DNA of 64,000 bases from an uncultured Spirochaetales bacterium (GTDB taxonomy: Bacteria; Spirochaetota; Spirochaetia; SZUA-6; CAVTHK01): the NCBI GenBank assembly GCA_964552235.1, contig CAZKGO010000016.1:1048-65047 (forward strand), given 5' to 3'. The notes beneath the pieces are model-generated. The model saw only the letters and a program-made list of their open reading frames with translations, did no database searches and was not told the DNA's origin. Shown piece after piece: positions 1 to 10,116 of this stretch; the first letter of the stretch is position 1, and each line of letters starts with the position of its first letter. A program made the position numbers and the translations under genes.

Positions 1-1188
1 CACGGTCAGCAGGTGCACGTTGATGTTGGTCCGGTTGAGGGCCGCGCACTGCTCGGGCAGGGCCCCGACGCGGCAGCCCTGCACTCCGTTGCGGTCCACC
101 AGGCACGGCACCTCGACGCAGGCTTCGGCCGGCAGGTTGTTGATCAGCCCGCGGTTTAGGACGTTGCCGTGGATGCGGGCCGGCCGGCCGGTCACGATCG
201 CCTCCATGATGTAGGAGCCGTACTCGTGGGTGCGCTTGTGCGAGAGGTCGGGATTGCCCACCAGGGTCTGGCTCTGCTGCTTCCAGCGCTCGATCTGGCG
301 GATGCAGCGCCGGGGGTACTCGTCGAGCGGGATCGCCAGCTCGTCGATCAGCTCGGGGTGGGTCCTCTTGATCCAGTAGGGCATGTACTCCGCGTTGTGC
401 TCCGAGCTCTCGGTGACGTAGTGGCCGAAGTGCCGCATGATCTCCAGGCGCACCATGTCCCCGTGCTTGCTCGCGCCGGCCCTGCGCGCGGCCGCGTTGA
501 GCTCGGCGGCGCGCCGCTTGATCTCGGGGTACAGGTCCCGGCCGTTCTCGCTGATCTCCAGCAGCCAGGCCATGTGGTTGATGCCGGCGATGTGCCACTT
601 GAGGTCGTCGGCCTTCTGGCCGAAGCCGAGCAGCTCGAGCAGCTTGGGCACGCAGGACTGCACCGAGTGGCACAGCCCCACGGTGCGGATCGGCGTGGCC
701 GTGAGCAGGGCGCCGGTGATCATGGCCATCGGGTTGACGTAGTTCAGGAACCAGGCCCGGGGGCACACCTCCTGCATGTCGCGGGCGAAGTCGAGGACCA
801 CGGGGATCGTGCGCAGCCCGCGGAAGATGCCGCCGATGCCCAGGGTATCGCCGATGGTCTGGCGCAGGCCGTACTTCTTGGGGATCTCGAAGTCGATGAC
901 CGTGCTCGGCTCGTAGCCGCCCACCTGGATGGCGTTCACCACGAAATCGGCCCCGCGCAAGGCGGCCTTGCGGTTGTCGACTCCGAGGTATGCGCTCACG
1001 CGCGCCCGCTCGCCGTTGGTGTTCGCGTTGAGCGTGTCGATCACGGCCTTGGACTCGGCCAGGCGCGCGCCGTCGATGTCGTAGAGCGCGATCTCCGCGT
1101 CCTGGAGCGCCGGGGTGAGCATCGAGTCGCCGAGGATGTTCTTGGCGAACACCGTGCTTCCCGCGCCCATAAAGGTGATCCTCGCCAT
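1..1188 (-). CDS. melA: Glycoside hydrolase family 4 alpha-galactosidase/alpha-glucosidase (MelA-like); 3' end runs off the window
   Basis: Absent from the ORF track because it has no stop inside the window. Reverse translation from ATG (complement of 1186-1188) gives MARITFMGAGSTVFAKNILGD...GLCHSVQ...GINHMAW...YVTESSEHNAEY...NINVHLLTV. This is co-linear with E. coli MelA from memory. RBS caggagaag lies upstream. The listed + ORF 169..1371 is its antisense shadow. Confidence 0.85.
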   Translation of the reverse strand, partial: MARITFMGAGSTVFAKNILGDSMLTPALQDAEIALYDIDGARLAESKAVIDTLNANTNGERARVSAYLGVDNRKAALRGADFVVNAIQVGGYEPSTVIDFEIPKKYGLRQTIGDTLGIGGIFRGLRTIPVVLDFARDMQEVCPRAWFLNYVNPMAMITGALLTATPIRTVGLCHSVQSCVPKLLELLGFGQKADDLKWHIAGINHMAWLLEISENGRDLYPEIKRRAAELNAAARRAGASKHGDMVRLEIMRHFGHYVTESSEHNAEYMPYWIKRTHPELIDELAIPLDEYPRRCIRQIERWKQQSQTLVGNPDLSHKRTHEYGSYIMEAIVTGRPARIHGNVLNRGLINNLPAEACVEVPCLVDRNGVQGCRVGALPEQCAALNRTNINVHLLTV

Positions 1189-1276
1189 CGTCTTCTCCTG
1201 TCCGCCGCAGCGGGCGGTGCCAATCTACCGGGGGACGCGGTCTTTGGCAACGCCGCCGCCGGCCGCTCGATTCCCC

Positions 1277-2476
1277 TCAGCCTTCTTCGCTGGGTCCGTT
1301 CGCCGGCCGCTCCGCGCGCGCTGCATCCTCGGGCAGGAGGTGGCTCGGCAGGAACGCCCGCCCGGCGATAACCGTCGGCACCACCGCGCTCGCGATGACG
1401 ACCGCCACGAGAAACGAGTACTGGCCCTGAGTCACGATGCCGTGGGATAGGCCGTACAACGCCGAGATGGATCCGAAGGTCAGGCCCGTGGACATCAACA
1501 GCGTGTAATACCAGCGCTCGTTGCGCTCGCGCCGGAAGCGGGAGATGATCGGGTAGAGGCCGGAGATCTTCGAGCCGACCTTTCCGGCGAGGAGGGCGAT
1601 AAAGACCAGCGGCGCCCCGACGAGAGCCGGCAGCGAGACGAAGGTGCCCGCGCGCAGGAAGTAGAACGGCGTGAGGAAACCGACCGTGAGCGTGCGCAGC
1701 CTGCGCATCCAGTGGGCGTCGGCGCTGGCGAACTCCGCCAGCACCATCCCGGCAAGGTAGGCCGGCAGCACGGCTTCGCTGCCCGACCAGAGCGCCAGGG
1801 CGCCCAGCCCGAAGAGGATCAGGATCACCCACTTGGTCCTGATGGCACCCGTGCGGTAGGCATAGACCTTCGCGATCTTGCGGCTGAGCCAGGGCAGGAC
1901 TGCGAGGACTGCAGTCATCGCGGCGACGAAGACCAGCGTCTTGTAGGTGAAGGGGGCAAACAGGAGGCCGAGGGCGATCACGGTGCCCAGATCGTTGACG
2001 AAGCAAGCGCCCAGGACGCCCTTGCCGAACTCTGTCTTGTTCAGGCCGGTCTCGATCATGACGGCGTAGACGACCGCCATCGAGGTCGTGGAAAGCGCCA
2101 CCCCGCACAAGAGGCTGGCTTTCCAGTCCCACCCCAGGAGGAACCGGGCGACGGCCGTGCACCCGAGAAAGGGCGCAACAAAGCCGAAGAGCCCGACGAC
2201 GGTCACTTCCAGTGCCTTGGATCGAAGCACCTCGGGCTCGAGCTCGAGCCCCGCGAGAAAGGTCAGAAGCACGGCTGCCGTCGAAGCGAGAAACCGCAGC
2301 CAGTCGAGGTTGGCTCCGAGCGCTTCGGCCTTGCCGTATGCGCCGGCTACCGCGGCTGCGGCGACTCCCACGCAGATCTCCACCAGGGCGATGGATACGC
2401 GTACGTGATAGGCGATGATCGCCGACACCACGGCGAGGGCGAGCCACAGAGCGGCTACGAGATAGGCCTGTTCCAT
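1277..2476 (-). CDS. Cation:proton antiporter (CPA2/Kef-NapA-like membrane protein)
   Basis: 400 aa, multi-TM, starts MEQAYLVAALWLALAVV..., typical Na+/H+ or K+/H+ exchanger layout. Track ORF 1277..2695 trimmed to the ATG at 2476; the upstream extension is Arg/Pro-rich junk. Confidence 0.75.
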   Translation of the reverse strand: MEQAYLVAALWLALAVVSAIIAYHVRVSIALVEICVGVAAAAVAGAYGKAEALGANLDWLRFLASTAAVLLTFLAGLELEPEVLRSKALEVTVVGLFGFVAPFLGCTAVARFLLGWDWKASLLCGVALSTTSMAVVYAVMIETGLNKTEFGKGVLGACFVNDLGTVIALGLLFAPFTYKTLVFVAAMTAVLAVLPWLSRKIAKVYAYRTGAIRTKWVILILFGLGALALWSGSEAVLPAYLAGMVLAEFASADAHWMRRLRTLTVGFLTPFYFLRAGTFVSLPALVGAPLVFIALLAGKVGSKISGLYPIISRFRRERNERWYYTLLMSTGLTFGSISALYGLSHGIVTQGQYSFLVAVVIASAVVPTVIAGRAFLPSHLLPEDAARAERPANGPSEEG

Positions 2477-2540
2477 TTGATGGGGTGCTCCTCGAGAAGA
2501 TTGGGGCAGTACTCGGCCGGGGCGCCTCGGGGCCGCGGAC

Positions 2541-3815
2541 CTACGCCAGCGGGTTTCCGAAGCCCGCGGCTGCGCCCAGCTCGGCCTCGATCTCCAGCAG
2601 GCGGTTGTACTTCGCGATCCGCTCGCTGCGGCAGGCGGAGCCGGTCTTGATCTGGCCGCCGCCCATCGCCACGGCGAAGTCGGCCAAAAAGGCATCTTCC
2701 GTCTCGCCGCTGCGGTGCGAGATCACGTAGCGCCAGCCTGCGGTGCGGCACATCCCGATCGCCTGGATCGTTTCGGTGACGGTGCCGATCTGGTTCAGCT
2801 TGATCAGCACGGCGTTCGTCGACTTTTCGGCTATGCCCCGGGCGATGAACTTCGTGTTGGTGACGTACAGGTCGTCGCCGACGATCTGCGCCTTGCCGCC
2901 GAGCTTCGCGGTATGGGCCCTGAAGCCTTCCCAGTCGTTCTCGGCGAGGCCGTCTTCAATCGAGACGATCGGGTACTTCTTCAGCCACTGCTCGTAGAGG
3001 GCGGTCATCTCCGCGCTGCTCTTGACTCCGTGGTGGGACTTCGCGAGGTTGTACGCGCCGTTCTCGTAAAAGGAGCTAGCCGCCGGGTCGAGGGCGATGG
3101 CCACGTCCCTGCCTGGCTTGTAGCCGGCGGCCTCGATGGCCTGCACGATGACCTCGCAGGCCTCCTCGTTGCTCTTGAGGTTCGGGGCGAACCCGCCCTC
3201 GTCGCCGACCCCCGTGGAATACCCGCGTGCCGACAGGATCTTCCCGAGCGCCTGAAACACTTCGGCGCCGTAGCGCAGGGCCTCGGCAAAGGTCGGCGCC
3301 CCGACGGGCATGGCCATGAACTCCTGGAAATCGACGCTGCTGTTCGCGTGCTTGCCGCCGTTGAGGATGTTCATCATGGGAACCGGAAGGCGGACTGCGC
3401 TTGCGCCCCCGAGGTAGGCGTAGAGGGGCAGGTCGGCGGTTTCGGCCGCGGCCCGCGCGACAGCCATCGAGACCCCGAGAATCGCGTTGGCGCCCAGCTT
3501 TCCCTTGTTCGGCGTGCCGTCGAGGCGGATCATCAGGCCGTCGATCTCCGCCTGCCGCGACGGGTCCATCCCCCGGATCTTCGGCGCGATCAGGTCGTTG
3601 ACGTTGGCCGCGGCCTTGAGCACGCCCTTTCCGCCGTAGCGCTTCTTGTCGCCGTCGCGCAGCTCCACCGCTTCGTTCTCCCCCGTCGAGGCGCCCGACG
3701 GGACCGAAGCCGAGGTCCTGATCCCGTTGCCCAGAGTGCAGAAGACCCGCAGCGTCGGGTTGCCCCGGGAGTCGAGGATCTCCATGCCCCGAACCGATTC
3801 GATCGCAGCGTTCAC
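2541..3815 (-). CDS. eno: Enolase (phosphopyruvate hydratase)
   Basis: Motifs [33 protein letters not shown] and [12 protein letters not shown] start at 3815 has GGAGGG 6 nt upstream. Ends with TAG at about 425 aa, the normal enolase length. Confidence 0.95.
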   Translation of the reverse strand: MNAAIESVRGMEILDSRGNPTLRVFCTLGNGIRTSASVPSGASTGENEAVELRDGDKKRYGGKGVLKAAANVNDLIAPKIRGMDPSRQAEIDGLMIRLDGTPNKGKLGANAILGVSMAVARAAAETADLPLYAYLGGASAVRLPVPMMNILNGGKHANSSVDFQEFMAMPVGAPTFAEALRYGAEVFQALGKILSARGYSTGVGDEGGFAPNLKSNEEACEVIVQAIEAAGYKPGRDVAIALDPAASSFYENGAYNLAKSHHGVKSSAEMTALYEQWLKKYPIVSIEDGLAENDWEGFRAHTAKLGGKAQIVGDDLYVTNTKFIARGIAEKSTNAVLIKLNQIGTVTETIQAIGMCRTAGWRYVISHRSGETEDAFLADFAVAMGGGQIKTGSACRSERIAKYNRLLEIEAELGAAAGFGNPLA

Positions 3816-3899
3816 ATCATCCCTCCTGTCAGGTTCGTCGCGGGAGCCACATCCCTCTCCTCTCGCGGACCGCACAGCGCCAGCCCGGCCGTGTTCGAA

Positions 3900-4580
3900 C
3901 TAGAAGACCCCTTTGCGGCCCACTGCAGTCTCGATTGCCCGCAGCCAGGAATCGCGTTCTTCAGCGTCCGACTCGCTCGCGAAGCGGTAGTCCTGCTTTC
4001 GCTGGTACTCCTCGAGAAGGTGCAGCAGCGCCGAGAGCTTCGGTCGATGGATCTCCACCAGCTGCCTCCGCTGCTGCTCGTTGGCCAGATCGAGAGCGAA
4101 GGCGAGGTGCGGATAGCAGAGTCCCGTCGAGCCGCGCACGGCTTCCAGCATCTCCCGATCGTCAAGGGACTCCAGGAGCGTTTGAGTGCTGCGCGACCGC
4201 ACCTGCTCGGCAAAGCGGCAGGCAGGGCAGGGAGCCTGGCGTTCCCGCGGCGCGGGTCGGGCGCTCTTTCGCCGCTTCTCGGGCACGGAAATCGCCTTGC
4301 CGACCGCGTGGATGATCAGCCTGACCTGATCCTGATAGAGGATCACGGTCCCCAAGCCGTCGCCGAATTCCCTCAACTGGTGCGCATGCCGCGGGCAGAA
4401 GCCGGCCGCCCTGCGCAGCTCCTCGCGGATTCTGGGATCGTTGATCTTCTCGTACAGGATGCCCTCGAAATAGCGAGCGACAGCCGCGTCTTCCAGCGAA
4501 CACAGCGGACAGCCGCTGGACCGCTGGAACGCCTCAAGGACGCGAAAGTAGGGCAGATGCTTCTCCCGCGTGCGCTTCAC
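3900..4580 (-). CDS. Cys-rich hypothetical protein (DUF6062-like; CPLC, CPRH, CPAC, CYPH motifs)
   Basis: Protein-like composition on the minus strand. Four paired Cys/His motifs. GTG at 4580 is preceded by AAGGGAGGGA at 8 nt; the track start 4688 is a possible longer alternative. The family name is recalled, not verified. Confidence 0.6.
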   Translation of the reverse strand: MKRTREKHLPYFRVLEAFQRSSGCPLCSLEDAAVARYFEGILYEKINDPRIREELRRAAGFCPRHAHQLREFGDGLGTVILYQDQVRLIIHAVGKAISVPEKRRKSARPAPRERQAPCPACRFAEQVRSRSTQTLLESLDDREMLEAVRGSTGLCYPHLAFALDLANEQQRRQLVEIHRPKLSALLHLLEEYQRKQDYRFASESDAEERDSWLRAIETAVGRKGVF

Positions 4581-4763
4581 AGAGACTGTCCCTCCCTTGC
4601 CCGGCGGGCGAAGCTCGACGAGCGGCGGCGAGAGTTGGCATTCGAGCTGGATGATTGACGCTCCGGCATCAGCGACGGCCCCTACCACCTCGAGCGGAAG
4701 GTAGGAGTCATCAGCCTTGGCAGGCGGTTCCCTGAGGGGGACTCCATCCCCTGTCGCGGCGAC

Positions 4764-4793
4764 AGATTAGCTGCATTGCGCCCGAGGCGTCAA
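4764..4793 (-). promoter_or_regulatory. Sigma70-like promoter TTGACG-18-TAATCT upstream of the DUF6062-like/eno genes
   Basis: Hexamers read directly on the minus strand: cgtcaa at 4788-4793 and agatta at 4764-4769. AT-rich hexamers are rare in this GC-rich DNA. Confidence 0.4.
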
Positions 4794-4829
4794 GCGACCC
4801 GAGTGCCTGCGAACGATGCGCCCGGGACT

Positions 4830-5333
4830 CTACGACGGGACGCCAGGGTTCCGGCAAAGCGGCGGTCGCTGGAGGTAGCGGATCACGAACCGCTCCTGCG
4901 CTTCGGTCTCGAGCGCGGCGCGGACGCGGCGCACCCTCCCGATCGCCTCCTCGCCGGCGAGACCGAGCCTGCGGCCCAGGGCGCAGCAGAGCACGAGCCC
5001 GGTGCGCCCGATGCCGGCAAAGCAGTGGGCGCAGACCGGAAGGCCGGCCTCGATCCGCCTCAGGATCGTTCGAATGAGACGGTCAAAGGCAGCCTCGTCG
5101 CGGGGAACGTCGAAGTTCTCGATCGGGTGGGGAATCCACTCGATGCCCAGCTGCCGGCAGGCTCGAGGCAGGGCGTCGGGCACCTCGAGCAGCGACACCA
5201 GGACGCGGATGCCGCGGTCATGGAGGTCGGCGAGGTCCGCCCGCAGCGAGTGGCCCGGGTCGACTCCCTGGCTGCCCGGCAGAGCCGAGCCCGCCAGCAG
5301 CCCTTCGATCACCCAGCAAAAGTTGCCGATCAC
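4830..5333 (-). CDS. Dual-specificity (Cys-based) protein phosphatase
   Basis: HCFAGIGRTG matches the HCxxGxxR(S/T) P-loop, with an upstream acidic DVPRDE. 167 aa. Sits 32 nt after leuD. Confidence 0.8.
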   Translation of the reverse strand: MIGNFCWVIEGLLAGSALPGSQGVDPGHSLRADLADLHDRGIRVLVSLLEVPDALPRACRQLGIEWIPHPIENFDVPRDEAAFDRLIRTILRRIEAGLPVCAHCFAGIGRTGLVLCCALGRRLGLAGEEAIGRVRRVRAALETEAQERFVIRYLQRPPLCRNPGVPS

Positions 5334-5364
5334 CGGGAGGCAGCCGCGGCGCCCGCAGGCGCGC

Positions 5365-5979
5365 TCAGCCGCGGAAGCCGGCGAGGTAGGGGATGCGCGC
5401 TGCGGTCCGCTCGATCGCGTCCCTGTTGGCCAGCAGCACCGCCGTGCTGTCCCATGTTCCCTCGACGAGCACCTTGCGTCCGGCCTCGGGCATCTCGAGC
5501 GGGATCTCGTAGCCGCCGGCCTTGACCACCTTCTTCTCCAGGTCGATCTCGATGCGCGTCTCGGGCTTTTCCTGCACCAGGTGCATGAGCATCTCTGCCT
5601 CCTGGGCGCTCACCCGGACGGCGGGAATGCCCAGAGCGCTGCAGTTGCCGGCAAAGATCTCGGCGAAGGACTGGCCGATGATCGCCTTGATGCCCCACCG
5701 CATGAGGGCCTGCGGCGCGTGCTCGCGCGAGGAGCCGCAGCCGAAGTTGCTGCCCACGATGAGGATGCTGGCGCCCCGGTAGCGGGCTTCGTTGAAGGGG
5801 TGATCCTTCTTGTTGCCTTCCTGGTCGAAGCGGGCGTCGTGGAACGCATACTCTCCGAGACCTTCGAAGGTGACCGCCTTCATGTAGCGGGCGGGGATGA
5901 TCCGGTCGGTGTCGATGTCGGCGCCGGGCACGGGAACGCCGCGCCCCGAGACGCCCTTGATCGCGCTGCTGCTGGCCAT
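5365..5979 (-). CDS. leuD: 3-isopropylmalate/citramalate isomerase small subunit
   Basis: GADIDTDRIIPARYMK and GSNFGCGSSREHAP motifs. Start lies 5 nt after the leuC stop. Confidence 0.9.
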   Translation of the reverse strand: MASSSAIKGVSGRGVPVPGADIDTDRIIPARYMKAVTFEGLGEYAFHDARFDQEGNKKDHPFNEARYRGASILIVGSNFGCGSSREHAPQALMRWGIKAIIGQSFAEIFAGNCSALGIPAVRVSAQEAEMLMHLVQEKPETRIEIDLEKKVVKAGGYEIPLEMPEAGRKVLVEGTWDSTAVLLANRDAIERTAARIPYLAGFRG

Positions 5980-5983
5980 CGCT

Positions 5984-7396
5984 TCAGTCCCCCCCTCCGA
6001 TCATCGTGCGCACGTCGACGACCTCGCCGGCGATCGCCGCCGCCGCGGCCATGGCCGGGCTCATGAGAAGCGTCTTGCCGTTCGGCGAGCCCTGGCGGCC
6101 GATAAAGTTGCGGTTCGACGAGCTCGCGCACACCTGCGGGCCCACCAGCACGTCGGGGTTCATGCCGAGACACATCGAGCAGCCGGCCCCCCGCCACTCG
6201 AAGCCGGCCTCGCGGAAGATCTCCGGCAGCCCTTCGGCCTCGGCCTGGCGCGCCACGGCCCTGCTGCCCGGAACCACGAGCGCCTTGACACGGGCCGAAA
6301 CCCGCCGGCCCCTGGCGATCTTCGCTGCCTCGCGCAGGTCCGAGATGCGGCCGTTGGTGCAGGAGCCCACAAAGGCCACGTCGATCCGCTGGCCGCTGAT
6401 CGGGGCGCCGGGCTTGAAGCCGGTGAACTGGTAGGCCTTTTCCAGGACCTCGCGGTCGGCCCTGGGTACGTCCTGCGGCCTGGGCAGCCTGGCCGTCACC
6501 CCGATGCCCTGCCCCGGGTTGATGCCCCAGGCGACCATCGGCTCGAGGGAATCGACGTCGAGCTCGAACAGGTCGTCGTAGTCCGCGTCGCGGTCCGAGG
6601 AGATCTCCTTCCAGAACCTGACGGCCCGGTCGAAGTCGGCGCCCGCGGGGGCGAAACGGCGCCCTCTGAGGTAGTCGAAGGTCGTGCTGTCCGGACAGAT
6701 GTAGCCGACCCGGGCGCCGCCCTCGATGCTCATGTTGCAGATGGTCAGCCGCGCCTCCATCGACAGCGCCGCGATGGCCGGACCGCCGTACTCGTAGGCG
6801 TAGCCGAGGCCGCCGTTGACTCCCAGGGAGGCGATGATCCTGAGGATGATGTCCTTGGAGCTCACCCCGGGGGCCAGGCTCCCCGTCACGTGGATCTTGC
6901 GCACCTTGACGCGGCTTATGGCCAGCGTCTGCGTCGCCAGGATGTCGCGGATCTGTGTCGTGCCCACGCCGAAGCCGATGGCGCCCAGGGCGCCGTGGGT
7001 CGACGTGTGGGAATCGCCGCAGGCGATGGTCATACCGGGCTGGCTGAGGCCGAGCTCAGGGCCGATGACGTGCACGATGCCCTGGTCTTCGGTGTCGAAG
7101 CTGAAGAAGCGGATGCCGAACTCCTCCGTGTTCTTCTCCAGCTCGCGCATCATCGCCTCGGCCATGCCGTCGGCAAAGGGGCGGCGCACGCTGTCGGTGG
7201 GCACGATGTGATCGACCGTGGCAAAGGTGCGCTCGGGATGCAGCACCGGCAGGCCCCGCTCGCGCAGCATCTGGAACGCCTGGGGCGAGGTGACCTCGTG
7301 GATCAGGTGCAGCCCGATGAACAGCTGGTCCTGGCCCGACGGCAGGGTGGCGACCTTGTGCAGGTCCCACACCTTGTTCAGCAGGTTCTTACCCAT
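5984..7396 (-). CDS. leuC: 3-isopropylmalate/citramalate isomerase large subunit
   Basis: [13 protein letters not shown]...[13 protein letters not shown]...[12 protein letters not shown]...[11 protein letters not shown] (aconitase-family Fe-S ligands). Track ORF trimmed from 7600 to the ATG at 7396. Confidence 0.92.
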   Translation of the reverse strand: MGKNLLNKVWDLHKVATLPSGQDQLFIGLHLIHEVTSPQAFQMLRERGLPVLHPERTFATVDHIVPTDSVRRPFADGMAEAMMRELEKNTEEFGIRFFSFDTEDQGIVHVIGPELGLSQPGMTIACGDSHTSTHGALGAIGFGVGTTQIRDILATQTLAISRVKVRKIHVTGSLAPGVSSKDIILRIIASLGVNGGLGYAYEYGGPAIAALSMEARLTICNMSIEGGARVGYICPDSTTFDYLRGRRFAPAGADFDRAVRFWKEISSDRDADYDDLFELDVDSLEPMVAWGINPGQGIGVTARLPRPQDVPRADREVLEKAYQFTGFKPGAPISGQRIDVAFVGSCTNGRISDLREAAKIARGRRVSARVKALVVPGSRAVARQAEAEGLPEIFREAGFEWRGAGCSMCLGMNPDVLVGPQVCASSSNRNFIGRQGSPNGKTLLMSPAMAAAAAIAGEVVDVRTMIGGGD

Positions 7397-7515
7397 GGTG
7401 CTCGCACGATAGCGAGAACGCCTCGCGGTCGTCAACCGCGGAGGTGGCACCCAGGGGCTGCCGCATTCCCGACCTTCGGTCGTGACCAAGGCGCCCTGTG
7501 GCCCCTGGGTGGGTC

Positions 7516-7605
7516 CATCCCTGTGGGGGCCCGGGGCTGCCACATCCATGTAAGGGCACCCGTGGGCTATGACATCCCTGTCGCCCACGGGTGCGTGCAT
7601 CCATG
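7516..7605. repeat. Two degenerate ~34-nt units (CATCCCTGT...CATCCATG) plus an 11-bp hairpin in the ilvN-leuC spacer
   Basis: catccctgt occurs at 7516 and 7573. catccatg occurs at 7543 and 7598. The inverted repeat cacccgtgggc/gcccacgggtg lies at 7557-7567 and 7583-7593. Confidence 0.5.
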
Positions 7606-7609
7606 CACG

Positions 7610-8107
7610 CTAGAACGTGCTCACGGGACCGGGCATGATCAGCACCTTGCCGGTCCGCACCATCTCCATGATGCCGAAGGGGCTGAACATCGTGTGCACG
7701 TTGTCGAGCTTGGCTGTCTCTCCGGTGACCTGCAGGGTGATGGTCTCCTGGGTCAGGTCGATTGTCTCGCACTCGAAGACGTGGGCCATCTGCAGGACTT
7801 CGCTCCGCTTGTCCGCGGGGCACTTGATCTTGACCAGGGCCATCTCCCGCTCGATCACCGGGTCCTCGGTGTGGTCCTTGGCGTGCACGACGTCGACGAG
7901 CTTGTTCAGCTGCTTCAGGATCTGGTCGAGGGTCCTGCGGTCGCCCGTGGCCGAGATGGTCATGTGAGAAAAGGCGGGATCGTGCCCTCCCGAGACCACG
8001 AGGCTGTCGATGTTGTAGCCGCGGCGCGCGAACACCAGCGCGATGCGGATGAGCACCCCGGGCTTGTTCGACACGTACAGGCTGATCGTGTGCTTGTTGT
8101 TGTTCAT
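7610..8107 (-). CDS. ilvN: Acetolactate synthase small (regulatory) subunit
   Basis: MNNNKHTISLYVSNKPGVLIRIALVFARRGYNIDSLVV is the ACT-domain signature of IlvH/IlvN. It directly follows ilvB. Confidence 0.9.
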   Translation of the reverse strand: MNNNKHTISLYVSNKPGVLIRIALVFARRGYNIDSLVVSGGHDPAFSHMTISATGDRRTLDQILKQLNKLVDVVHAKDHTEDPVIEREMALVKIKCPADKRSEVLQMAHVFECETIDLTQETITLQVTGETAKLDNVHTMFSPFGIMEMVRTGKVLIMPGPVSTF

Positions 8108-8138
8108 CCTCCATCCTCCCTGCCGCCGCCGGGCGCCC

Positions 8139-9905
8139 CTACTTCGCGCGCCTTCCGTCTTTCTTCGACGGGCGCGGCGCCTCGAGGATCATGTCCTTGA
8201 CCGCAGCCCCGGCCGGGATCATGGGGAACACGTTGTCCTCCTTCTCGACCTCGGCGTCAATCACGCACGGACCGTCGTTGTAGGCCAGGGCCGCCTTGAG
8301 GATCCGCTTGAGGTCCGAGCTGCGCTTGATGCGGAAGCCCCTGGCGCCGTAGGACTGGGCGAGCCTGACGAAGTCCGGGTTCCCGACCAGGTTCACTCCC
8401 GAGAGGCGGTTCTCGTAGAACAGGTTCTGCCACTGCCGCACCATGCCCAGGTAGTGGTTGTTCATGATCACCACCTTGATCGGCAGCTTGTTGGTCTGGG
8501 CCGTGGCCAATTCCGACAGCGTCATCTGGAATCCGCCGTCGCCCACGAACGCCACCACCGTCCGGTCGGGGTGGGCGAGCTGGGCTCCAATGGCCGCCGG
8601 GAAGCCGAAGCCCATCGTGCCGAGCCCGCCCGAGCTCAGCCACTGGAACCGCTCGTCGATCCGGTAGAACTGGGCGGCCCACATCTGGTGCTGTCCGACG
8701 TCGGTGGCGACGATCGCCTTGCCGTCGGTTAGCTCGTACATGGCGTCGATCACGTGCTGGGCCTTGAGCTTGCCCTCCTTGCGGTACTTCAGCGGGTACT
8801 CCCGCTTCCAGCGGGCCACCTGCTTGAGCCAGTCTGCGGTGTCGCCGGGCTTGACCAGCGTGTTCAGCGTCTCGATGACGGTGCGGGCGTCGCCGATGAT
8901 CGCGCAGTCGACCTGCACGATCTTGTCGATCTCGGCCGGGTCGATATCGACGTGGATCTTGACCGCCGCCGGGCAGAACTCGCTGATCTTGCCGGTGATG
9001 CGGTCGTCCCAGCGCGAGCCGATCGACATGATGAGGTCGCACTCGACGACCGCCTTGTTGGCGTAGGCCGTGCCGTGCATGCCTAGCATGCCCAGGCTTA
9101 ACTCGTGGGTCTCGGGAAAGCAGCCCTTTCCCAGCAGCGTGTTCGTCACCGGGATGCGCATCTTCTCGGCGAGGAGGCGCACGGCCCGGCCCGCGTCGGA
9201 GATCACCGCGCCGTGGCCGACGAGCAGCAGCGGCCGGTGCGCGCGCTGGAGCATCGCCGCGGCCTGTTCGATCAGCTCGATGTCTCCTTCGCCCGGGACC
9301 GTGTAGCCCGGCAGGTGGAATTCCTCGTGGTGAGTCGGATCGATCGGCGTGTTCAGCACGTCCTTGGGGATGTCGATGAGTACGGGGCCGGGCCGCCCGG
9401 TCTGAGTCAGATAGAAGGCTTCTTCCATGATCCTCGGCAGGTCCCTGGCATCCTTGACCAGGTACGAGTGCTTCACGACCGGGTAGGAGATGCCCGACAG
9501 GTCCGCCTCCTGGAAGGCGTCGAGGCCGAGGACGCTGGTGTTGGCCTGGCCCGCGATGACGATCATCGGCACCGAATCCATGTGGGCGTTCAGCAGCCCG
9601 GTGATCGTGTTGGTGGCGCCGGGCCCCGAGGTCACGAGCACCACGGCGGGCTTGCCGGTCGCCCGGGCGTAGCCGTCGGCCATATGAGTGGCGCCCTGCT
9701 CATGGCGGGTCTGGATAAAGCGCACCGGAGAGTCGACCAGGGCGTCGAAGATGGGAATGGAAGAGCCTCCAGGGATCCCAAACACGCACTCGACACCCTG
9801 GCGCTGTATGAGATCGACCAGGACTTCGCAGGCTCTCCTCAGCTTGGGAGCGGGCTTTTGGAGTGTGATCTGTCGGTTCTCGGTCTGAATCAGAACGTCA
9901 GCCAT
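8139..9905 (-). CDS. ilvB: Acetolactate synthase large (catalytic) subunit
   Basis: 588 aa ThDP enzyme with [17 protein letters not shown] and [15 protein letters not shown]...GDGGFQM. Confidence 0.92.
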   Translation of the reverse strand: MADVLIQTENRQITLQKPAPKLRRACEVLVDLIQRQGVECVFGIPGGSSIPIFDALVDSPVRFIQTRHEQGATHMADGYARATGKPAVVLVTSGPGATNTITGLLNAHMDSVPMIVIAGQANTSVLGLDAFQEADLSGISYPVVKHSYLVKDARDLPRIMEEAFYLTQTGRPGPVLIDIPKDVLNTPIDPTHHEEFHLPGYTVPGEGDIELIEQAAAMLQRAHRPLLLVGHGAVISDAGRAVRLLAEKMRIPVTNTLLGKGCFPETHELSLGMLGMHGTAYANKAVVECDLIMSIGSRWDDRITGKISEFCPAAVKIHVDIDPAEIDKIVQVDCAIIGDARTVIETLNTLVKPGDTADWLKQVARWKREYPLKYRKEGKLKAQHVIDAMYELTDGKAIVATDVGQHQMWAAQFYRIDERFQWLSSGGLGTMGFGFPAAIGAQLAHPDRTVVAFVGDGGFQMTLSELATAQTNKLPIKVVIMNNHYLGMVRQWQNLFYENRLSGVNLVGNPDFVRLAQSYGARGFRIKRSSDLKRILKAALAYNDGPCVIDAEVEKEDNVFPMIPAGAAVKDMILEAPRPSKKDGRRAK

Positions 9906-9937
9906 GAAATCCTCCTGAAACGCCTACGAATCCCGTG

Positions 9938-9966
9938 AATCTACCAGACAGAATCGGAAACGTCAA
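9938..9966 (-). promoter_or_regulatory. Possible internal promoter TTGACG-17-TAGATT in the AT-rich cimA-ilvB spacer
   Basis: Hexamers read on the minus strand (cgtcaa 9961-9966, aatcta 9938-9943). The 210-nt spacer is markedly lower in GC than its flanks. Confidence 0.35.
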
Positions 9967-10116
9967 GCGCTCCGGCACAAGAAAGGACATAGCACACGGC
10001 CGTTCCTCGTTCTAAACGATCCAAGAAAAGAGAAATACCCTTCCCAGACACAAAAGTACCCATATCGACTCTGTGAGCTCGAGAAAAAAACCGGAAACTT
10101 GGCTCTGATTAGCTCT

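Noticed and set aside
2715-4658. Very long + strand ORF (647 aa) covering the enolase and DUF6062-like region. Similar giants occur at 5897..8200 (+), 37629..40604 (+), 44947..48021 (-), 169..1371 (+), 42215.. and 43352..45103 (-).
   Set aside because: Arg/Gly/Pro/His-rich, motif-free translations lying antisense to genes with unmistakable family signatures. This is the typical stop-codon-poor shadow frame of GC-rich DNA.
9906-10116. A small RNA or tRNA in the AT-rich cimA-ilvB spacer.
   Set aside because: I could trace no cloverleaf or stable conserved-looking structure. A promoter-like TTGACG-17-TAGATT explains the AT-rich patch more simply.
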